Shown: piece after piece, positions 1 through 6,559 of the stretch
Layout of the letters: each line of letters starts with the position of its first letter
Numbering within the stretch: the stretch's first letter is position 1
Assembly: GCF_000150275.1 (NCBI RefSeq)
Contig: NW_002060995.1
Span: 9,321-15,879 of the forward strand
Direction of reading: 5' to 3'
Origin: Trichoplax adhaerens
Taxonomy: Eukaryota > Animalia > Placozoa
Length of the DNA stretch: 6,559 nt
Made by a program: the position numbers and the translations under genes
Notes under the pieces: generated by a model
Told to the model about the DNA's origin: nothing
Database searches by the model: none
What the model saw: the letters and a program-made list of their open reading frames with translations, nothing else

Positions 1-1084
1 GCAAAGAGTTGTTCGAAGGGAAACATGATCCATTTGACTTGGAGCATGGTATGAACTCACAGCTTCCAACAATAAATGAAATGGATACTTGTGCTATTTG
101 ATATATTAATTATCATACAATTAAATCAAATATAATTTCTAAACTTGCTCGAAATAGAAAATGCTCATCTGTATGAAAATACAAGCGATATCGAGGTAAT
201 CTTTATGTCAAAGGAAATTTATGATTGCTTGCTAAAATTAACATTTTTTATCCATGTTCAGATGATCATTTTATACTTATTTTGTAATAATTGCGACATT
301 AAATGTCTTTTTATATCTTTAGAAAGTGTTGTATTACGTTAATGAGAGCGTATATGGCAGTATTTACTTCATGACTCTTGATCCTACCCTGATCATTTTG
401 AAGCCGGTCAAGAAGAATACGGACGGTACAACGAATGCAGTTTTATTTGGTCAAACGTGTGATTCTTTAGATCTTCTGTTAAATGAATGTTCCTTGCCAA
501 AGGTGCTTAAATCTTTGATGATAAAAATAGATTTATATTCCACATAAAATAATGCTTCTAGATCAAGCTTGAAAGAGAATATTACAAGAGTATTTGGACC
601 AATTTAATATTATTGATTTTTATTTTTAATTCCAAATTATAAATTTAGCTTAATGCTGGTGACTGGATATATTTCGAAGGTAAAAAATTCAGTTAAACCT
701 TATTCAATTAAAATTATGTGCTACAACATGGGCATGAGATTTGTCGAGTCTACTTTGCATACTGTACAGTATGGCTACTAGTCCATGTTAATTTTCATTT
801 TATTTTGTTTTCTCCTCTCATCTACCTACATGCACTACCCAATTGAAATCACAGAAGTTGGAGCTTATTCACTAGTTCTGGCCACCGAATTTAATTCATT
901 CAAGAAACCAAAATGCTTCTATTATATTCAAGAAGAATTTTGGTAAAAATTATAATTTTGGGGTTACCAGACAGTAAGCAATGACTAAACGTTAATTACT
1001 ACTAATGAAATATACATTATGTTTTCTAGGAATGAAATTCAAGGGAAGATTGATCTACCTTTTGATTTTTATAACATGAGCTAA
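1..1084 (+). CDS. ODC1: ODC-like (group IV PLP-dependent decarboxylase) gene, copy 1, 3' part; exons <1-48, 158-195, 323-502, 649-679, 855-942, 1030-1084 (stop TAA 1082-1084)
   Basis: All introns are GT-AG and phases are consistent (1,0,0,1,2). Spliced translation: KELFEGKHDPFDLEHE-NAHLYENTSDIE-KVLYYVNESVYGSIYFMTLDPTLIILKPVKKNTDGTTNAVLFGQTCDSLDLLLNECSLPK-LNAGDWIYFEE-VGAYSLVLATEFNSFKKPKCFYYIQEEFW-NEIQGKIDLPFDFYNMS*. This matches the ODC C-terminal motifs YYVNDGVYGS, GPTCD, GDW..F..MGAY and FNGF. The first two exons are less certain because they encode a variable loop. The symbol denotes family, not proven orthology. Confidence 0.9.
323..502 (+). CDS. Largest exon of ODC-like copy 1 (specificity element and catalytic TCD motif)
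   Basis: Acceptor tctttag ends at 322 and donor AAG|gtgc starts at 503. Encodes YYVNESVYGS...FGQTCDSLD; this is the real part of ORF 326..547. Confidence 0.92.
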
Positions 1085-1189
1085 TTCATTAGAAAACATG
1101 TAATTAAGGTGTCTAATTCATTGTCTTAATTCACAATACTATATGTAAGCAAGAATAGCGTAATATCTACTTGTGAAGAAATTGAAATG

Positions 1190-1195
1190 AATAAA
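1190..1195 (+). promoter_or_regulatory. Candidate polyadenylation signal of copy 1
   Basis: AATAAA about 105 nt after the stop codon; the motif is common in AT-rich DNA. Confidence 0.4.
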
Positions 1196-2159
1196 TTACT
1201 TTAATTACCAATCATTAAAATGCACTGTATGTTTAGTGCTAGTGATACTCTCGCCTGTGGGCATAGCATGGTATGACTATCCATTCCTTTTTGTGTTCTA
1301 CTATGCATACTTGATCTAATACGATACAAATACAAAATAGCTTCGGAATTCATTGATAATTATGATCGGAGTGCAATTACTATCAGAAATTAGATAATAT
1401 TGTAGCTCATATGTCCCTTTCTGTTAATATAAAGTTGAGGGTGATTATAATAAAAGTTTTCTAACTTTCACTAGCGGTAAATGTTCTTATAAGTACGATG
1501 AATTTTTAATTGTAGTTTACTTACGCAGATAATTTAGAAAACATTCAAATCATTATCAATTTTCTGTGGTTTTAGCCTGTGGATACCGTATCTTTTGTAA
1601 ATCTGATAAGTTTTTTTAAGATATACTATCATCATCACAGATATAGAAGTTATAATGTATTAATGGGCGCGATTACAGATTCATTAATACGTTAAACACC
1701 AAAGAGGTGTAATCGTCGCATTCTATATAATGGTTACGCTGCCAGTAATATACTTAGCTTATGATTTCTATTCTTTTCTCATAGTTAAACTAAAGCAATA
1801 TGTTATATGCGATTGTAGTAATACGTTGATACTTTTATTTACTTCTTTATTTACGGCCATGAGAAGCTAATAATAATAGCTTCATGGGCTTCGAACAATA
1901 CCATTAAGATTCTTAATATTAATCTAAGTTGATAGTTTTATAGAATTAGCACTTTAAAATGGAGTAAAATTTCAAAATTAATGAAAAATTTTTACCATCT
2001 TCATCGTCTAATATAAGATTAGATCAAGAAACATTTAGAAATATGACTGCCTAATCAAAAATTAATTAAAAAATAGTCAATAATTACACGATTTAGCAAA
2101 GAAAGGTTTTGGATAATTCGAATAATTATAATTATTTATACAGTGATAGTTGAAATGAT

Positions 2160-2730
2160 TGTAATGAAATGAAAAGTGTAGAGATCAAGCTACAAAACTT
2201 TAACAAACTTTGATTCTACTTTTGTTGCACTCCGGTCGACTTAACGAAACTTTGACACCAAACTAAATTTGGGGAAATAACCGAACAACAATTTATTACA
2301 AAAAATGGAGAGAAGTATAAACCGAATAACCTTACTAATACTTAGCTTTAAGTATTAATAAAATAAGTGACAGACTTAAAAACTGACGACGATCAAACAA
2401 CCTTTCAAAAAGAAGAACGTTTTAACTTGAGATAATTCGACCCGAAGGCCTTTTAAATTCAACAAGTTCTTCAAATAAAACCTTCTTCTACTCTCCTTCT
2501 AAATTTTCTAATTGCACTATCATTTATAGGCTTCGTAGAGCCGTCAGTGGTATTTAAAACTAAACACTTGCTAACCAATCGCTCTTAAGATCCATTTTAG
2601 AAAACTACTTTGCACCATTTAAGAAAACAAAAATCATTCAAAGTTCAGACACAATTTACCCTATGATTCCCTTACAAAATACTATAAAACCAACAAGCTA
2701 ACTATAAAATACATCAAACTTCACTTCTAA
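2160..2730 (+). repeat. Left inverted-repeat arm
   Basis: Aligns along its full length with the reverse complement of 2989-3558. Confidence 0.95.
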
Positions 2731-2783
2731 TATAATTTCTATCATTAATACACTAATAGTTGATTTTTGAAATTTAAATTTTT

Positions 2784-2988
2784 NNNNNNNNNNNNNNNNN
2801 NNNNNNNNNNNNNNNNNNNNNNNNNNNNNNNNNNNNNNNNNNNNNNNNNNNNNNNNNNNNNNNNNNNNNNNNNNNNNNNNNNNNNNNNNNNNNNNNNNNN
2901 NNNNNNNNNNNNNNNNNNNNNNNNNNNNNNNNNNNNNNNNNNNNNNNNNNNNNNNNNNNNNNNNNNNNNNNNNNNNNNNNNNNNNNNN
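2784..2988. other. Assembly gap (205 N)
   Basis: Run of N between the two inverted arms. Confidence 1.
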
Positions 2989-3558
2989 TTAGAAATGAAG
3001 TTTGATATATTTTATAGTTAACTCGTTGATTTCATAGCGCTTTGTAAGGGAATCATAGGGTAAATTGTGTCTGAACTTTGAATGATTTTTGTTTTCTTAA
3101 ATGGTGCAAAGTAGTTTTCTAAAATGGATCTTAAGAGCGATTGGTTAGTAAATATTTAGTTTTAAATACCTCTGACGGCTCTACGAAGCCTATAAATGAT
3201 AGCGCAATTAGAATATTTAAGAGGAGAGTAGAAGATTATTTTGAAGAACTTGTTGAATTTAAAAGGCCTTTGGGGTCGAATTGTCGTAAGTTAAAACGTT
3301 CTTCTTTTTGAAAGGTTGTTTGGCTATTGACAGTTTTTAAGCCTGTCACTTATTTTATTAATACTTAAATTTAAGCATTTGTAAGGTTGTTCGGTTTATA
3401 CTTCTCTCCATTTTTTTTGTAATAAATTGTTGTTCGATTATTTCCCCAAATTTTATTTGGTATCAAAGTTTCGTTAAGTCGACCGGAGTGCAACAAAAGT
3501 AGAATCAAAGTTTGCTAAAGTTTTGTAGCTTGATCTCTACACTTTTCATTTCATTACA
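2989..3558 (-). repeat. Right inverted-repeat arm
   Basis: Reverse complement of 2160-2730; similarity runs right up to the gap edge, so the arm is probably longer. Confidence 0.95.
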
Positions 3559-3622
3559 TGTTAAAAATAAATTATTTTATTATGATAAGGGAAACATTAA
3601 ATCCAGACTTTATTTAATGTAG

Positions 3623-4056
3623 TTTTCACGTGGGAAGCGATTGCCTTACTCCGATTGCCTATGAAAAAGGAATAATAACGTCTAAGCAAATATTTAAATT
3701 AGCTGTTAGTTAAATAGTATCTCTTAGATGAGGTAACTTTGATGCTATAATATTAATAGCTTCCTATTGCCTTTTTTATGTAATCCATTTTCAGGAGAAA
3801 TTTGGCTACCATTTTAATTTACTTGATATTGGCGGAGGTTTTACAGCTTTTTCAGCCCTAGAAACGACCTTTGCGAAGGTTAAGTATATAAAATTTAATA
3901 TAGCATCGATTAACAGATTTTTTATTTGACTTTACAATGTGAGAAATTCTAAATTACAAATATGTGTTTCCAAATTTTAGGCAGCTGCAGTTATTAGTAA
4001 AGCATTACAGAAATATTTCCCTCCGGAGTTGGGTGTTAGAATTATTGCTGAACCAG
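3623..4056 (+). pseudogene. ODC1: ODC-like copy 2: isolated internal fragment, exons 3623-3704, 3795-3878, 3981-4056
   Basis: GT-AG introns of 90 and 102 nt. Spliced translation: (S)FHVGSDCLTPIAYEKGIITSKQIFKLA-EKFGYHFNLLDIGGGFTAFSALETTFAK-AAAVISKALQKYFPPELGVRIIAEPG. It contains the PLP-binding motifs HVGS, DIGGGF and EPG. Homology is very confident. Pseudogene status is inferred from the missing flanking exons; there are no internal stops. Confidence 0.8.
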
Positions 4057-4270
4057 GTTATTAGTTTATAATATAGCACATAGTTCCTTAATTCTATATA
4101 ATGCGCTAATTTTTGATCCATTTAGAAGTCATCCTTGAATTTGGAGGGAAAGGATAACGATGCCAGGGAAAGATAAAAACATGAACGGAAATATGTGGGG
4201 GTAAATAAGGTTACTCAAAAATATGACCGTTGCTGCGGACAGTTAAAAGATTTTATTAAAGCTAAATTGA

Positions 4271-4558
4271 GCAGATCGCGGCCGATCTGCAACGGAACTT
4301 GTTGCCAAGAACTATTTATAAATGTTTGTGAATGTTGTTTTTGAAGGGGAAGAGTTAGGAAACTGTTTTCTCAACTCTATCCTAGCTATCCATATCATTG
4401 TTAATAGCTGTACTGTAAACTATAGCGTACACTGTACGGTACAGAAATGCGAAGTATAGGGGCGATATTCGATAGTCCCTGTCCCTGCTGTACAAAAATG
4501 CAAAGTGCAGGGACGGTACTTGATACTTTTCTGATGTGTATTAGAAAAGTATCCAGTA
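4271..4558. other. Cluster of short hairpins/palindromes
   Basis: GCAGATCG-cggc-CGATCTGC (4271-4290); CTGTACTGTA...TACGGTACAG (4408-4444); GTCCCTGC...GCAGGGAC (4481-4514); TACTtGATACTTTTCTgAT-gtgt-ATtAGAAAAGTATCcAGTA (4517-4558). Confidence 0.7.
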
Positions 4559-4712
4559 GTCTTTGCTATTTGTACGCATTTAACCTTCGCGTTAGCGGCA
4601 ATCTATCGCAGATAAAAACAATCACATATGACCAAAGGTAAATACGAAAGAAAGCAGGGCTTTCCTTCAAAGGCATTGTTATTATCTGAAAATCAAAAGG
4701 TTGGGTATACAG

Positions 4713-5524
4713 TAGTTACTAAAAACAAGATATGACATCTCATTGGCTAAATAGATATCCAGCAGCGTCATTATTAATAACTACACAGCTGCTCCATATA
4801 ATTATTAGATTTGCATATAATTAATAGATTTGCAGCCAAAATTTCTGTAAGTGTACTTGCATAACGTTCCGTTAAATATACGCTAACAGGTTCAAATGTA
4901 GAAATGATCTTGCGCAGCTATCGCTATGGCCTCTCAGTCATAATTTTCAATTGTCAGTTCCATTAAAAGTGAATAAAAGTGATGCCCACTGCAATACCGA
5001 AAGTCATTTAGGCAAATCCTATGTGGATATTGACTATGTAATTTATTAGTGTCATAACAAGGGTATGCCGCAGTAACAAAACAGTTCGTAAGTCAACAGT
5101 ATGTTACAGGTTAACTATGTTAGTAAACCGTATGCTAAAATTTAGTACATATATTTAATGGAACGTTATACAAGTACACTTACAGCTCTTTTGTAAATTT
5201 CCAACTTAAAATTTTGGCTGCAAATCTAATAATTCATTGCACCAGCTGTGTAGTTATTTATAATGACACTGCTGGATATCTATGTTAGCCAATGAGATAT
5301 TTTGCTAGCTGTACCCATAAATTTAGTATGTATATTTAATGGAACGATATGCAAGTACACTTACAGATCTTTTAGTAAATTTCCAACTTGAAATTTTGAC
5401 TGCAAAAGTAATAATTATATGCAAATCTAATTATTATATGCAGCAGCTGTCTAGTTATTAGCAATGACACTGCTGGATATCTATTTTAGCCATTAAGATA
5501 TCATTTCTTGTTTTTTGGTAGCTA
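4713..5524. mobile_element. Second inverted-repeat (MITE/foldback-like) element with a duplicated right arm
   Basis: 4713-4886 is the reverse complement of both ~5140-5300 and ~5321-5524 (shared strings TATATTTAAtGGAACG, CAAGTACACTTACAG, CAGCTGTgTAGTTATT, CTGCTGGATATCTAT). The spacer is about 250 bp. No target-site duplication was found. Confidence 0.6.
5130..5500 (+). repeat. Tandem direct repeat, two units, period about 181 bp
   Basis: 5130-5300 versus 5311-5500, e.g. AAATTTAGTAcaTATATTTAATGGAACG at 5138 and 5319. Confidence 0.9.
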
Positions 5525-5868
5525 TAACCAGATAGTTGCATAGAATTCAGCAATATCGTCGATTTTCCACTCTTTGCAAGTGGCCTTAGTGGGTGACGGA
5601 TTCACTTTCAAACGTCGTCCAGTCTCAACATTAACTTTAAAATTATAGGCATGACTTGTATAGTAATCCTACGCTGACTTAATCATACAGTAATTCTACT
5701 AAAGATTGTAACCTTGATCTTAATGAATTGAAGGAGAAGAATAGTCGAAAATAGCATACCGTCCATTAAGGTCGTGAATATTTTTCTTGAATTGACACAC
5801 TATCCATCCATCTTTTCGTAGACTTTGACACGTGTAGCTCATCTATTCAATTCAATAACGCCATCAGG

Positions 5869-6433
5869 ATGGAACGTGTGGAAATCGTACCTAATCTATC
5901 CCTACAGGAACTCATTGAAAAGAAAACGACAGCGATGGACCAACAAGTAAACTTATCATAATTGACCTGATAGTATCAATGTACTAGATTTCATGTTCAA
6001 TTAACTCGTACGGAAAATCATTTCATATTCCAAATGAAGAGCACTATCATAAAAGTGAATTGTTGCTATGAATTAATCGCTGCGTTTTGCAGACATCCTT
6101 CATCCATTCAAAATTGTTATTATTATTAGAGATATTTCAATTTTTTCCTTATTTTTTACCATCATCATTACTCTTGTCAAGAGAAGAACAACTTTTTCGC
6201 ATCTAGTTCTAAAAATGTTTCTGAATTATATTTTTCTACAATCATCATTACTCTTGTTGTCAAAAGAAGAACAACATTTTCGCGTCTTATATAATTCCTA
6301 CTTTTATTGTGAATCTACTTGTGCTCATAATATTTATATTTACTCCACCCTTTAATGAAAATGCTTCTATTAGTTTAAGGACGATTCATTCATGTTAGTT
6401 AACATCGGCAATATAATAGAACGATATCGTGAG
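5869..6433 (+). CDS. ODC1: ODC-like gene copy 3, first two coding exons (5869-5946, 6374-6433); continues beyond the window
   Basis: MERVEIVPNLSLQELIEKKTTAMDQQ|gtaaac...tattag|FKDDSFMLVNIGNIIERYRE|gtaata. This aligns with the ODC N-terminus (human ...AKDILDQKINEVSSS/DDKDAFYVADLGDILKKHLR). Both junctions are phase 0 with canonical sites. Confidence 0.8.
6152..6287 (+). repeat. Imperfect direct repeat (about 55 bp, period about 80 bp) in the first coding intron of copy 3
   Basis: ATCATCATTACTCTTGTCAAGAGAAGAACAACTTTTTCGCATCT (6161) versus ATCATCATTACTCTTGTTGTCAAAAGAAGAACAACATTTTCGCGTCT (6241). Confidence 0.9.
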
Positions 6434-6559
6434 GTAATAATGTTTTCGGTCAATATTTGCCTAGATACGATAAAATTAATTAGCAGTAACATTCAAGTAA
6501 GAGATAGTATATAAATAGATAGTCAAAGTAGTGATTTTTCTTATTAACATGTGATAATA

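Larger units (their letters stand above)
2160..3558. mobile_element. Foldback / long-TIR element with 5'-TGT...ACA-3' ends, probably a non-autonomous DNA transposon
   Basis: 2160-2730 is the reverse complement of 2989-3558. The outer 78 bp have one mismatch (TGTAATGAAATGAAAAGTGTAGAG... / ...CTCTACACTTTTCATTTCATTACA), with roughly 90% identity overall by eye. Flanks TGAT (2156-2159) and TGTT (3559-3562) form an imperfect 4-bp duplication. No transposase is visible; the centre is unsequenced. Confidence 0.75.

Noticed and set aside
145-342. ORF-track 65-aa ORF
   Set aside because: Only 158-195 is plausibly exonic; the rest is read-through of an AT-rich intron.
1529-1575. cag|..LENIQIIINFL resembling the copy 3 first exon (MERVEIVPNLS)
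   Set aside because: No ATG, an immediate stop and no following DDxF exon; cannot be distinguished from chance.
1857-1887. Hairpin CCAT-GA-GAAGCTA...TAGCTTC-ATGG as a terminator
   Set aside because: Eukaryotic context, no U-tract, and a short stem compatible with chance.
1944-2054. Possible terminal exon ...KWSKISKLMKNFLPSSSSNIRLDQETFRNMTA*
   Set aside because: No homology recognised and no upstream exons can be linked to it.
2767-3021. ORF-track 84-aa ORF
   Set aside because: Artefact of the N gap.
3135-3311. Roughly 58-codon open frame in the right foldback arm
   Set aside because: No ATG start, frameshifted in the left arm and no transposase motif.
4447-4641. ORF-track 64-aa ORF; YAFNLRVS loosely resembles ODC SAFTLAVN
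   Set aside because: No GRY motif and no phase-compatible acceptor; it overlaps the hairpin cluster.
5012-5065. tttag|GKSYVDIDYVI... as a decayed GRYYVASAFTL exon of copy 2
   Set aside because: The similarity is weak, needs a frameshift to pass a stop, and lies in the spacer of the second inverted-repeat element.
5522-5668. Minus-strand 48-codon open frame DYYTSHAYNFKVNVETGRR...ATIWL*
   Set aside because: No recognisable family, poor polypyrimidine tract, and the candidate upstream exon contains stops and overlaps copy 3 exon 1.
6161-6287. Repeat as C/D-box snoRNAs or a CRISPR-like array
   Set aside because: The ATGATGA box is antisense to the host gene with no matching CTGA D box; there are only two units in a eukaryotic intron and no cas genes.

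Overview
AT-rich, intron-rich eukaryotic (probably animal) genomic DNA containing a tandem, co-oriented (+ strand) cluster of ornithine decarboxylase (ODC; fold-type III PLP decarboxylase)-like genes, which the ORF track largely misses because the exons are short. (1) The 3' half of copy 1: six exons, 1-1084, ending in a stop. (2) An orphan three-exon middle fragment, copy 2 (3623-4056; FHVGS, LDIGGGF and IIAEPG motifs), with no recognisable 5' or 3' exons. (3) The first two coding exons of copy 3 (5869-6433), which runs off the window. Copy 2 is bounded on the left by a TGT...ACA foldback element with inverted arms of at least 570 bp around an assembly gap (2160-3558). On the right are a hairpin-rich stretch (4271-4558) and a second, unrelated inverted-repeat element with a tandemly duplicated arm (4713-5524). 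Copy 1 keeps the catalytic Cys-Asp but has a rewritten substrate-specificity helix, suggesting a diverged decarboxylase that may not act on ornithine. All alignments to human ODC1 were made by eye from memory and need confirmation.
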